Assembly: GCA_050177605.1 (NCBI GenBank)
Contig: JBFXGX010000001.1
Span: 79,059-143,058, forward strand
Direction: 5' to 3'
DNA length: 64,000 nt
Source of the DNA: Candidatus Izemoplasmatales bacterium
Lineage (GTDB): Bacteria > Bacillota_I > Bacilli_A > Izemoplasmatales > Hujiaoplasmataceae
Position numbers and translations under genes: made by a program. Positions 29,370-38,204 of the stretch are shown one piece after another. The notes beneath the pieces were generated by a model, which saw nothing but the letters and a program-made list of their open reading frames with translations, did not search any database and had not been told where the DNA came from. Every line of letters begins with the position of its first letter. Position 1 is the stretch's first letter.

Positions 29370-29397
29370 CACAATAACTTCATTGTGCTTTTTTTTG
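29368..29397 (+). terminator. Intrinsic terminator
   Basis: AGCACAAT...ATTGTGCT followed by a T-tract. Confidence 0.75.
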
Positions 29398-29404
29398 CAC
29401 AAAA

Positions 29405-29446
29405 ATGTAATATATATTTGACATTATGTAATATATAATTTATAAT
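29405..29446 (+). promoter_or_regulatory. Consensus sigma-A promoter with tandem operator repeats
   Basis: TTGACA (29418-29423), 17 bp, TATAAT (29441-29446); ATGTAATATATA at 29405 and 29426. Confidence 0.8.
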
Positions 29447-29465
29447 CCGTATTGAGGTGATGCCT

Positions 29466-29672
29466 ATGTCAAATCTAAAAATGAAAGCCGCAAGAACTCT
29501 AAAAGGTTATTCTCAACAAGATTTAGCAAGAATGATTGGTGTATCAAGACAAACAATCATTCTAATTGAGCAAGGAGAGTATAATCCGAGTTTAAAACTA
29601 TGCACTGATATTTGCAAAGCACTTGATGTCACTTTAAATGATTTATTTTGGGAGGAAAAAAGCAATGGTTAA
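29466..29672 (+). CDS. Small XRE-family HTH regulator
   Basis: SQQDLA...VSRQTI..IEQGEYNPSL; start chosen after GAGGTG RBS. Confidence 0.92.
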   Translation: MSNLKMKAARTLKGYSQQDLARMIGVSRQTIILIEQGEYNPSLKLCTDICKALDVTLNDLFWEEKSNG

Positions 29673-31080
29673 TGACGAAAGATATGTAATCAATATGGGT
29701 TCACTCAATCGAAAAATGCAGTTGATATGGATAGTGCTATCCATTTTATCTATCCTTGTTAAGTACTTTACAATGGAAGAATCATCCCTCTTCTATTTAT
29801 ATATCATTCCCGAGATGATATTCATCGTTAGCGGAATTATTCTGATTGCATACGAAATATACAAATCATCTTCTTCTGAAGTAGACGATGAAAGAACTAG
29901 TGTAAATCGTTCAATCTTATATTATCGAGGGATGCAGATTGTCATCTTCCTTGTCGCTTTAGGATATACAACTTCAATCATATTAATGAACTATCAATTT
30001 ACAACGTCGGCTTCTTCTCCAAACATGTTCATTAATTTGACGATGCTTATAAGCTTTATCGTATATTATACTTATACAAGAAAAAATCAATTTTACCTTT
30101 TTGAAAAATACTTGCTTGAAAATCAAAAAGACTATATCAAGTTCACTTTAAAAAAGATTTCCGTTCTTCTTGTCTATACTTTCTTATTGATTGTTTTTGG
30201 ATTTGCTTTATACACAATCCTTTTCGGACTTAATATAGAGATAATAACGATACTTTTATCGGTGCTTCTATCAGGTCTAGGAATTTGTTTTTGGACTATA
30301 GTTATTGCGGTTTATGAATGGATTACTTACCATGAAAAAGTTATTGAAGAAGATCAAGGAAAAGCTAGAGTTTTATCAAAAACATATCTTATTTTTGGGG
30401 GATGGATATTCATCTTGTCAATCTTCTCATCCTTGTTACATTCCTTTTATACGTATTTCGCCATACATCAGATTACTATAACAATGATCCAATCAGACAT
30501 TATTAAAGTCATCATTTATTTATACTATTATGTTGAATTAACCTCTATTGGTCGTATTTTCTTTATCATCATTTCTTATCTGATACTTTATCATTCAATA
30601 AAAAAAGCCTTTCCTTATCGAAAACACCTTCATCTCTTATGGCTGATGTTTATGTTCATCTCTCTTGTGTTATTATTTGGGGGATACTTCATGAAAATAT
30701 TCTCATTATTAAGTCTCAACCGTTTCCTCATAGGATTTGATTTCATCCTAAAGTTTAATAATATCCAATTCATTTTAAATTTGGTCTCATCATTTCTTTT
30801 CATCATCATCCTATTTATGTTAAACAAAACAAGCAATGTTTCGTTCAAATTACTACTTTCCATCATTATTATTCGCCTTCTACCATTTCTTGTGAGCTAT
30901 ATCTTTGCGAAGGGAGGGCAAGCAGCGTTACTATCAACTTCTTATCTTATTGTTAATCTTGTCCTATCAATAATATCATTATTTCTAACTTTTAATGTCT
31001 ATTATCAGTTGACTAATCAGCGATATACAATTAATAAAAAAAACATAGATACAGAAAATATAGAAGCGATTCCAGTTTAG
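29665..31080 (+). CDS. Polytopic membrane protein of unknown function (about 12 TM, two DER motifs)
   Basis: Very hydrophobic ORF overlapping the XRE stop; GGAGG RBS. Confidence 0.7.
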   Translation: MVNDERYVINMGSLNRKMQLIWIVLSILSILVKYFTMEESSLFYLYIIPEMIFIVSGIILIAYEIYKSSSSEVDDERTSVNRSILYYRGMQIVIFLVALGYTTSIILMNYQFTTSASSPNMFINLTMLISFIVYYTYTRKNQFYLFEKYLLENQKDYIKFTLKKISVLLVYTFLLIVFGFALYTILFGLNIEIITILLSVLLSGLGICFWTIVIAVYEWITYHEKVIEEDQGKARVLSKTYLIFGGWIFILSIFSSLLHSFYTYFAIHQITITMIQSDIIKVIIYLYYYVELTSIGRIFFIIISYLILYHSIKKAFPYRKHLHLLWLMFMFISLVLLFGGYFMKIFSLLSLNRFLIGFDFILKFNNIQFILNLVSSFLFIIILFMLNKTSNVSFKLLLSIIIIRLLPFLVSYIFAKGGQAALLSTSYLIVNLVLSIISLFLTFNVYYQLTNQRYTINKKNIDTENIEAIPV

Positions 31081-31099
31081 GAATCGCTTCTTCTTTATT
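31062..31099. terminator. Bidirectional terminator
   Basis: AGAAGCGATTCC...GGAATCGCTTCT. Confidence 0.75.
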
Positions 31100-32140
31100 T
31101 TATTCGCTTTGTTGATGCACTACTACTTGTGGGAAAGGAATCTCAATATGACTTTCATCGAGAACTTCTTTAATTCTTTGGCGAATTGCTCTTTCCACGG
31201 CATAGTGTGTTTCTGTGATTGTCTTGACAATCACGCGCATATTAACACTACTACTAGCTAAATCAATCACGCCTACCACTTGTGGATCTTCTAATATGTT
31301 TGGAAATACTAATCGTAATTTAGGTAGTTCAACTTTTAATAGGTCAATCGTCTTTTGAGCATCTTCCTTATAGGCAATGCCAAAATCTACAATACCAATC
31401 GAAGGATTTCTTGAAAAGTTGGATACATTGTTAATGTCTCCGTTTGCAATGATTTTGACTTCACCACGCCAATTTCTAATTTTGGTTGTTTTTAAACCAA
31501 TATCGATTACTTCGCCCTTAAATCCACCAACATCGATGATTTCACCAACATCAAAATGATGTTCAAATACGATAAAGAATCCACTGATTAAATCGTTGAT
31601 AAACTTTTGTGCTCCCAAACCAACCACAATCCCGACAATTCCTAGACCAGCAAGTGCTGGGACAACATTCACATTCCATAAAGCTAAAATTACAATGATA
31701 TCGACAATATAAACAACGTATTTAATAATGCTATAGGTCACTTTTGCAATCGTTTTTTTTCTCTTTTGTAATGCGGTTTCTTTTAGCCCAACCCTCGTTA
31801 AAGCAAGTTTAGCAATTCTAACGATGAGCCATGCAATAAACCAGGCTAAAATAGAACCGATGAATTTCTCCAAATTATCTGCGAAAACTGTGGTAAAGAA
31901 TGCACCCAAACTTGTTGTCATTGAATTAAAGTCGTATTCCCAGATAAAAAGAGTTCCAATAATTGCCCCAATAAATATGATAAAGAGGAAAATATACGCA
32001 AGATACAAAAACCCTTTTTTCTGATCAAGTTGATGCTTTTGAACTAATTTATTTTGAAAAAAATAGACAGCGTATAAAGCCGCCACAATGAAAACAGTAA
32101 AGAGGACATTGAGTCCAATACTCGCGAAATAGATATTCAA
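31100..32140 (-). CDS. Small-conductance mechanosensitive channel (MscS family)
   Basis: GIVVGLGAQ..DLISG, GEVIDIGLKTT, IEIPFPQ. Confidence 0.92.
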   Translation of the reverse strand: MNIYFASIGLNVLFTVFIVAALYAVYFFQNKLVQKHQLDQKKGFLYLAYIFLFIIFIGAIIGTLFIWEYDFNSMTTSLGAFFTTVFADNLEKFIGSILAWFIAWLIVRIAKLALTRVGLKETALQKRKKTIAKVTYSIIKYVVYIVDIIVILALWNVNVVPALAGLGIVGIVVGLGAQKFINDLISGFFIVFEHHFDVGEIIDVGGFKGEVIDIGLKTTKIRNWRGEVKIIANGDINNVSNFSRNPSIGIVDFGIAYKEDAQKTIDLLKVELPKLRLVFPNILEDPQVVGVIDLASSSVNMRVIVKTITETHYAVERAIRQRIKEVLDESHIEIPFPQVVVHQQSE

Positions 32141-32202
32141 GGATATCCCTCCTATTCATAAACTATTATATCATAAAACATCTCATTGAACATTATCAGA
32201 AC

Positions 32203-32232
32203 AAAAAAATCTATCGCATCAGCGATAGATTT
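32203..32232 (-). terminator. Intrinsic terminator
   Basis: AAAAAAATCTATCGC-ATCA-GCGATAGATTT. Confidence 0.7.
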
Positions 32233-32235
32233 ATA

Positions 32236-32625
32236 TTATCTTTGAATTTTGTTCGCAATTGTTTCAAGAGCATTTTTGAATTTACCTGGAGCCACAAGTT
32301 TCACTTTTCTACCCTCGACTTTGATTCTTAAAATCTTCGAGATATTAAAAATCGTTGGTTTTAGCGATACAAATTCGACTTGAGTTAGTGGCACTCTAAA
32401 AATTTCTGTTTTCGGTTTAGGACTAAATGTCGCAAATTCATATAATACAAGAAAATCATTAAAAACGCCAACGACTCCTGGTGTCCCCTGTGAGTTGTAA
32501 TTGCTTACCATCGCAGAGATTACTTGTGCTGTTTCCGAATAAATAATGTTAACTCGAGCATATAAACCATATTCATCAATAATACCAAATTCTTTTAACC
32601 CAGCAATAAAATCTTCTTGTTTCAT
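32236..32625 (-). CDS. Hypothetical protein (possible PH-like fold)
   Basis: 129-aa ORF with GGGGG RBS and a downstream terminator; no recognised motif. Confidence 0.6.
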   Translation of the reverse strand: MKQEDFIAGLKEFGIIDEYGLYARVNIIYSETAQVISAMVSNYNSQGTPGVVGVFNDFLVLYEFATFSPKPKTEIFRVPLTQVEFVSLKPTIFNISKILRIKVEGRKVKLVAPGKFKNALETIANKIQR

Positions 32626-32691
32626 TCAATCGCCCCCTTTTAGCATAATTATAATTCAAAGTATATCTATTGGTAAAGGGGATTCTTGATT

Positions 32692-33129
32692 TTATAAATA
32701 TAAATAGAATAATAAAGATGAAAAAGCGAGGGAATAAAGATAAACTAGGGAAATTTTTTTGCGAGAAACAATGGCCAAAAACAAGAATACTCCTATTGCA
32801 ATAATATAGAACAATGTGGAATTGCTTGGATATAAGTATATTCGGCCAACATTGATTAATAACCCTAATAAAAAACCAAAAAAGGTACTTTGAACATAAG
32901 GGTTTTTAACCGCCAGTAACATAATCAAAAATAGAATAAATATAAGACCAACAGCTATATAAAAAGAAGTGCCAATAAAAACAAAAAAATCTTCAGGTAC
33001 AACAAATGCTGAAAAAGTAGCTGCTGACCCCATGGTTACGGTAAAAATAAATATAATTACACCATAATAAATCAAAATCATCATCGGTACGGTGAATAGG
33101 TAAATCCAAAACTTCATCATTTTTGACAT
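32692..33129 (-). CDS. Hypothetical membrane protein
   Basis: 4-5 hydrophobic segments; AAGGA RBS. Confidence 0.6.
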   Translation of the reverse strand: MSKMMKFWIYLFTVPMMILIYYGVIIFIFTVTMGSAATFSAFVVPEDFFVFIGTSFYIAVGLIFILFLIMLLAVKNPYVQSTFFGFLLGLLINVGRIYLYPSNSTLFYIIAIGVFLFLAIVSRKKISLVYLYSLAFSSLLFYLYL

Positions 33130-33141
33130 AATTAATCGTCC

Positions 33142-33942
33142 TTAAAGTAAATACTCGGCTAGTAAAGCGATACAGCCTGCGATTAAGAAAAATAAATACG
33201 AATATTGCATATGTTTGTGTTCTTCTTCCTTATCAAGCGGAGGTAATTCCCAATCCATTTGGCGTACATAACGACTGATTCTTTTTGCATAGATACCAAA
33301 CTCAATATACATATAAGGAAGAATTCCTAGGATTATTGCATAAACTATGTAAGGAATATGATAATCACTGTTCAAAACTGCGATGATTGTACCAATGACA
33401 GCTTCCACAATAAGCGTAGGAAGGAAGCGAGGAAAGAAATAATAGCTTCGTTCCCAAGATTGATCTGAATATACCGAAGTTTTATAAAAGGCAAATAGTT
33501 TATCCTCATTATACTTTGATTGCATTCCAAGTTCATTTAGTTTCTCTTTAAAAGCAAAAATAAATTCTCCAACTGATTGAACCACCACCGTTAGTCGAAT
33601 CGGTTTTCCTGTGACGGTTTTAATAATCATCCATCCGCCAGTATACCGGATACTTGCAGAATCGATGGAAGATATTTGATCATAAGGTATGATTCTTACA
33701 CCTTTGGCATTTGTATATATTACTGCTTCTTCCGTTAGTTCGATCGATATTTTCTTGAAACGATTTAAAATATAAAATAATCCATATGAATAAAGTCCAA
33801 ATAAAACTCCTGCCAAAACATCTCCTGACTCACCATAGATTAGTCCTAAAACAAGGATAAGCAAAGATAATAATCCCAGAGGAATTAAAATAAACCATTT
33901 CATAATTTGAATGTGTTTTCGGTATACATATTTCTTATTCAT
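33142..33942 (-). CDS. Hypothetical membrane protein with a probable bacterial PH-like soluble domain
   Basis: Two TM, then ISIELTEEAVIY...IPYDQISSI pattern, then further TM; AGGAGG RBS. Confidence 0.6.
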   Translation of the reverse strand: MNKKYVYRKHIQIMKWFILIPLGLLSLLILVLGLIYGESGDVLAGVLFGLYSYGLFYILNRFKKISIELTEEAVIYTNAKGVRIIPYDQISSIDSASIRYTGGWMIIKTVTGKPIRLTVVVQSVGEFIFAFKEKLNELGMQSKYNEDKLFAFYKTSVYSDQSWERSYYFFPRFLPTLIVEAVIGTIIAVLNSDYHIPYIVYAIILGILPYMYIEFGIYAKRISRYVRQMDWELPPLDKEEEHKHMQYSYLFFLIAGCIALLAEYLL

Positions 33943-34014
33943 CGCAAGCCTCCTATTGTAAACATTTATAGGTATTATTTTACCATATCAAGGAATTGAA
34001 GACAAGAAGCCATA

Positions 34015-34040
34015 AAAAAAAGATGCACAAATGCATCTTT
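34015..34040 (-). terminator. Terminator of the tRNA cluster
   Basis: AAAGATGCA-CAAA-TGCATCTTT with an A-tract on +. Confidence 0.75.
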
Positions 34041-34049
34041 AAATGATTA

Positions 34050-34138
34050 TGGCGGAAGAGGTGGGATTCGAACCCACGTGCCCTTGCGGACAACTGCATT
34101 TCGAGTGCAGCTCGTTACAGCCTCTTCGATACTCTTCC
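34050..34138 (-). tRNA. tRNA-Ser(CGA)
   Basis: Reverse complement GGAAGAG...CTGCA-CTCGAAA-TGCAG, long variable arm, GGTTCGAATCC, CTCTTCCGCCA. Confidence 0.95.
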
Positions 34139-34181
34139 GTAAAAGAAAACCCTATGGCGAGCATAGGGTCTAAAATTCAAT

Positions 34182-34255
34182 TGGAGCAGGTGAAGGGAAT
34201 CGAACCCTCATAGTCAGCTTGGAAGGCTGAAGTTCTACCATTGAACTACACCTGC
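34182..34255 (-). tRNA. tRNA-Gly(TCC), copy 2
   Basis: GCAGGTG...TCAGC-CTTCCAA-GCTGA...GGTTCGATTCC...CACCTGCTCCA, 74 nt. Confidence 0.96.
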
Positions 34256-34314
34256 GAATAAAGGCGCCTGCCTAGATTCATCTATTCAAATAAAAAGGAA
34301 CGTAATGATATTTT

Positions 34315-34388
34315 TGGAGCAGGTGAAGGGAATCGAACCCTCATAGTCAGCTTGGAAGGCTGAAGTTCTACCATTGAACTACACCTGC
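34315..34388 (-). tRNA. tRNA-Gly(TCC), copy 1
   Basis: Identical to 34182-34255. Confidence 0.96.
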
Positions 34389-34404
34389 ATAAAGTCGCAA
34401 AAAT

Positions 34405-34433
34405 ATAATATCATAACCCAATGTTACTGTCAA
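34405..34433 (-). promoter_or_regulatory. Promoter of the tRNA cluster
   Basis: Minus strand TTGACA, 17 bp, TG-n-TATTAT. Confidence 0.75.
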
Positions 34434-34448
34434 CAAAAAAACAACCGA

Positions 34449-35372
34449 TTATTGGTTTTTTTCGGCAATTCTGAGTTTTGCACTATGTGAGCGATTATTC
34501 TCGTCTAATTCTTCACTTGACGGCAAAATAACCTTTTTATTGATTAATTTCAAAGGAGGCTCTTCAGTGATTAATATCGGTAGTCCTTTAGGAATATCAA
34601 TAGTTGAATACCTTTTAAAAACTTGTTTACAAATTCGATCTTCTAAAGAATGGAATGTAATCACAACAATTCTTCCCTTTGGAGAAAGGATTGAAATAGC
34701 ATCTTCTAGTGCTTTTTCAAATACATCAAGTTCGTTATTGACCGCGATGCGTAAAGCTTGAAATGTTTGTTTGGCAGGATGCCCTTTTTTCGATAATACT
34801 TTTGATGGTAAACTTTTCTTAATAATATCAACTAATTCAAATGTTGTTTCAATCGGCTTGATTGCTCGTTGTTTGATAATTTGATTGGCTATATTTTTTG
34901 CGAAGTTTTCTTCTCCGTATTCAAATAAAATCTTTGTAAGTTCTTGAAAAGAATAGTTATTCACAATCTCTCTTGCAGTTAAACTTTGCGTTTGATCCAT
35001 TCTCATGTCAAGTGGATAATCATAGTTATAGGAAAATCCTCGATCAGGAATATCTAATTGAAAGGATGATACCCCTAAATCAAAAATAATTCCATCAATC
35101 GCTTCAATATTTCTACTTTGAAGTTCTGACTTCATAAACTCAAAATTTGAGTGAATATAGGTAATATTTGAAAACTCTTTTAAGCGTTCTGCAGCAACTT
35201 CAATAGCATAAGAGTCCTGGTCAAAACAAAAAAGACGTCCTGAGGTAAGTAAAGACGCAATTTCATAACTATGCCCGCCGCCACCTAAAGTCATATCCAC
35301 ATAGATACCTTTAGGATTGATATTAAGCCCTTCAATCGACTCTTTTAATAAAACCGAATAATGTCCAGACAC
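34449..35372 (-). CDS. rsmH: 16S rRNA m4C1402 methyltransferase
   Basis: HYSVLL, DMTLGGGGHS, DLGVSSFQLD, FQALRIAVN, FHSLEDR, RSHSAKLR; GTG start after GAGGTG. Confidence 0.96.
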   Translation of the reverse strand: MSGHYSVLLKESIEGLNINPKGIYVDMTLGGGGHSYEIASLLTSGRLFCFDQDSYAIEVAAERLKEFSNITYIHSNFEFMKSELQSRNIEAIDGIIFDLGVSSFQLDIPDRGFSYNYDYPLDMRMDQTQSLTAREIVNNYSFQELTKILFEYGEENFAKNIANQIIKQRAIKPIETTFELVDIIKKSLPSKVLSKKGHPAKQTFQALRIAVNNELDVFEKALEDAISILSPKGRIVVITFHSLEDRICKQVFKRYSTIDIPKGLPILITEEPPLKLINKKVILPSSEELDENNRSHSAKLRIAEKNQ

Positions 35373-35446
35373 GATAAACACCTCGCAAGTATTATATCAC
35401 AACCTAAAAGAAAAACGCTGATATTATCAGCGCTTCTTTTCTTTTC

Positions 35447-35644
35447 TTATTCTTTTGTTTCTTTTTCTGGTTTTGGTTCAACAACCAATTTTCCTTTGTA
35501 GTAACCACATTTCTTACATACTTGATGAGATAATGTTAATTCGCCACAATTAGGACAAACAGCCATTGTTGGAGCATTTAACTTGAAATGAGTTCTTCTT
35601 TTTCTTTTGACAGCTTTCGACGTCTTTCTGAATGGTACAGCCAC
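35447..35644 (-). CDS. rpmF: 50S ribosomal protein L32
   Basis: [15 protein letters not shown]...CKKCGYY. Confidence 0.97.
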   Translation of the reverse strand: MAVPFRKTSKAVKRKRRTHFKLNAPTMAVCPNCGELTLSHQVCKKCGYYKGKLVVEPKPEKETKE

Positions 35645-35655
35645 GGTGTCACCTC

Positions 35656-36129
35656 CTAGTAATTTTTATTTTTTAATGCTGCGAAAGGATTATTTGATTC
35701 ATCATCTTCATCTAAGGTTACGATTTCTTCATGATAATCAAGGTAAGCATCTGGATGAACAACTCTCATTGGTTTTTCAATCAAAATTTCAGAATAGATC
35801 ACAGGATCTAAATCAATCGTGATTCCTTCAATGATATGCGTATTATCATCCACAAAACTTTCCGCAAACTCTAATGATGTTTGAAAATGAAGTAAAACTT
35901 CAACTTCTTTTAAGGAAACAGCACAAGGCATCTTTAATGTCGTCATAACATCAAGATCAAATACATAAATATTGCTCTTTTCAATTAGATGAAAATCACC
36001 TTTAACTTGAACGTCGCTGATATCTAAAATATCGTCTTCTGGAGAAAGAAATGGTTTAACATTTATGACTCCTTCAATGTGATGTAAATGGCGACTGAGT
36101 TTCCTAAGTTCTTGGATTGTCCATTTCAC
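35656..36129 (-). CDS. YceD/DUF177 family protein
   Basis: Upstream of rpmF; PCAVSL, IDLD, NPFAALK. Confidence 0.85.
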   Translation of the reverse strand: MKWTIQELRKLSRHLHHIEGVINVKPFLSPEDDILDISDVQVKGDFHLIEKSNIYVFDLDVMTTLKMPCAVSLKEVEVLLHFQTSLEFAESFVDDNTHIIEGITIDLDPVIYSEILIEKPMRVVHPDAYLDYHEEIVTLDEDDESNNPFAALKNKNY

Positions 36130-36194
36130 AAATACCACCTCAGTGCAGCAAATAAATTATACTTTTTTTTACTTCTAAAGTCAAGAAGTAATCA

Positions 36195-36980
36195 CTAATA
36201 CTCGTTAATCTCTGGAAAACAATGTTGATGAACTGGATCTAGAGCAAAAAATCCTTCTGCATTCTTCACTTGATATTTTTCTTCAAATATCATTGAACGC
36301 ACACTTAAATATTGCAAAACCATCTCTAAACTAGCTGGAGTACTAAATTGAGACACGTGTTTTGAGATTGAGGCATTTCTGTTAGAAGTATCTTGATCGC
36401 TAGTACTCACAAATGCATTCGAACGATGGGTGAAATAATAAGCCAGTGTACGAGAACGAAAATGAGGCAAAGCTTCCTTTTCAAAATCAATCAAATTTCT
36501 TTTTGCCATTAATGGGTAGGCACTCATAAGTAATGCTGTGTTTGTCGCTAAACCTGCTTTAATATGATCTGGATGAATTTCAGATGGTTGGTAAGGGTCT
36601 GGGCAAAATACGATATCAGGATTAATATCGAGTATTACAGACGCAATTCGTTTGGCTACTTCATGCTCATGATAAAGTCCTCCATCAGGAAATCCTAAAT
36701 CAAATAATTCTTTTGCGCCTAAAAAATCAGCAGACGATTTCATTTCCTCAAGACGGATACTCACCAATTTATTTATATCCATTTGGTGATCCATCGATCC
36801 AGCTCCACCATCAGTGATAACCAAAAAATAGACCTTTTTTCCTAAAGAAACAAGTTTTGAAATCGTTGCGCCAGAAGATATCTCAATATCATCTGGGTGA
36901 GGACCAATAAATAAATATGACCCATAATTTTCCAAATTAGGAATCGGTGCCAAGCTTTTTAATTGTTCAATTACTTTCAT
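36195..36980 (-). CDS. PIG-L/LmbE family N-acetyl deacetylase
   Basis: GPHPDD, TDG, R.EE, FPDG, HPDH, HVSQ. Confidence 0.9.
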   Translation of the reverse strand: MKVIEQLKSLAPIPNLENYGSYLFIGPHPDDIEISSGATISKLVSLGKKVYFLVITDGGAGSMDHQMDINKLVSIRLEEMKSSADFLGAKELFDLGFPDGGLYHEHEVAKRIASVILDINPDIVFCPDPYQPSEIHPDHIKAGLATNTALLMSAYPLMAKRNLIDFEKEALPHFRSRTLAYYFTHRSNAFVSTSDQDTSNRNASISKHVSQFSTPASLEMVLQYLSVRSMIFEEKYQVKNAEGFFALDPVHQHCFPEINEY

Positions 36981-37118
36981 AGGTTATCATCTCCATAAAG
37001 GTATTATAAAGCAAAATGAGTTTTGGGTAAATAGATTTACTTATTCTAAGTAATAATATTGGAATTATTGCATGTTTTTCGATATAATAGATTTGTCATT
37101 AGAAAGAAGGTTTATAAA

Positions 37119-38108
37119 TTGGACAAAAAAGAACAACTACTCGCGCTCATTAAAGAAGTGGAAGATTCTTCAAAGAATGCGACTCTTGGCGCAACAGATT
37201 CAATTAAACATTTCGGAATTGATGAGGAAACATCAACTGTAATGTTGCTAATTGAGGTAGGAACGAAGATTAATGAAGTTACATCAGTCATTACTCGTAA
37301 AATCGCAAAGATTGTTAAAATCGATTTTGGATATCAAAGTCTCGTAATAGACTATGAACAAGCAAGACCTAAAAATTTAGCTAAAAAAGCAAAAATAATA
37401 GCGATTGCTTCAGGTAAAGGTGGCGTTGGTAAATCGAGTGTCACTGCAAATCTAGCCTATGCTTTTAAAACACTAGGAAAAAAAGTTGGAATCATTGATG
37501 CAGATATCTATGGTGCGAATATTCCTAAAATCTTAGGTATTGATAACTTAGAGTTAGAAGGTACTGAGGATGGAAAAGTATATCCTTATAAAATCGACGA
37601 TATTGAAATGGTTTCTACAGAGTTTTTTGTAGAGAAAGATAAAGCACTTATTTGGAGAGGGCCAATGCTTGGAAAAGTGCTTAAAATCTTTTTTGAAGAT
37701 ACCTTATGGTCTCAAGATTTAGATTATTTACTCATCGATTTACCACCAGGAACCGGAGATGTTATGCTTGATGTTAACAATATTGTTCCAGACGCAAAGT
37801 TAGTTTTAGTCACAACTCCTCATCCAAGCGCTTCTCATATAGCTATTAAAGCTGGCTTCGCTGCGAAAGACCTAAAACAAGAAATTGTAGGTGTTATTGA
37901 AAATATGTCTTTCTATGAGGTTGGCGAAGAAAAACATTATCTTTTTGGAGAAGGTGGCGGAAAAATTGTTGCAGACAAGCTGCTCGTTCCTCTTCTTACA
38001 CAAATTCCAATTGGTCAACCAAAGGATTCACATTCCATTTATTCTGACTCAGAATACATTGGTATTATGTATTTAAATCTTGCAAGAAAGTTAACAAAGC
38101 TAGTATAA
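37119..38108 (+). CDS. Mrp/NBP35 family ATPase (SalA-like, Cys-free)
   Basis: SGKGGVGKS, DADIYG, IWRGPM, DLPPGTGD, ENMS; TTG start. Confidence 0.9.
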   Translation: MDKKEQLLALIKEVEDSSKNATLGATDSIKHFGIDEETSTVMLLIEVGTKINEVTSVITRKIAKIVKIDFGYQSLVIDYEQARPKNLAKKAKIIAIASGKGGVGKSSVTANLAYAFKTLGKKVGIIDADIYGANIPKILGIDNLELEGTEDGKVYPYKIDDIEMVSTEFFVEKDKALIWRGPMLGKVLKIFFEDTLWSQDLDYLLIDLPPGTGDVMLDVNNIVPDAKLVLVTTPHPSASHIAIKAGFAAKDLKQEIVGVIENMSFYEVGEEKHYLFGEGGGKIVADKLLVPLLTQIPIGQPKDSHSIYSDSEYIGIMYLNLARKLTKLV

Positions 38109-38135
38109 AAGGGACAATAATTGTCCCCTTTTTTT
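38107..38135 (+). terminator. Intrinsic terminator
   Basis: AAAAGGGACAAT-A-ATTGTCCCCTTTTTTT. Confidence 0.8.
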
Positions 38136-38143
38136 ATGTGTGA

Positions 38144-38172
38144 TTGCAAACCAAATTCATTGATGGTATAAT
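38144..38172 (+). promoter_or_regulatory. Sigma-A promoter of the small membrane protein gene
   Basis: TTGCAA, 17 bp, TG-n-TATAAT. Confidence 0.65.
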
Positions 38173-38204
38173 TCGATATATATATTTATTATTCGAGGTG
38201 AATT

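Noticed and set aside
29400..34050. Integrative element at the tRNA-Ser 3' end
   Set aside because: No integrase and no duplicated tRNA 3' end found; the housekeeping-type mscS lies inside the interval
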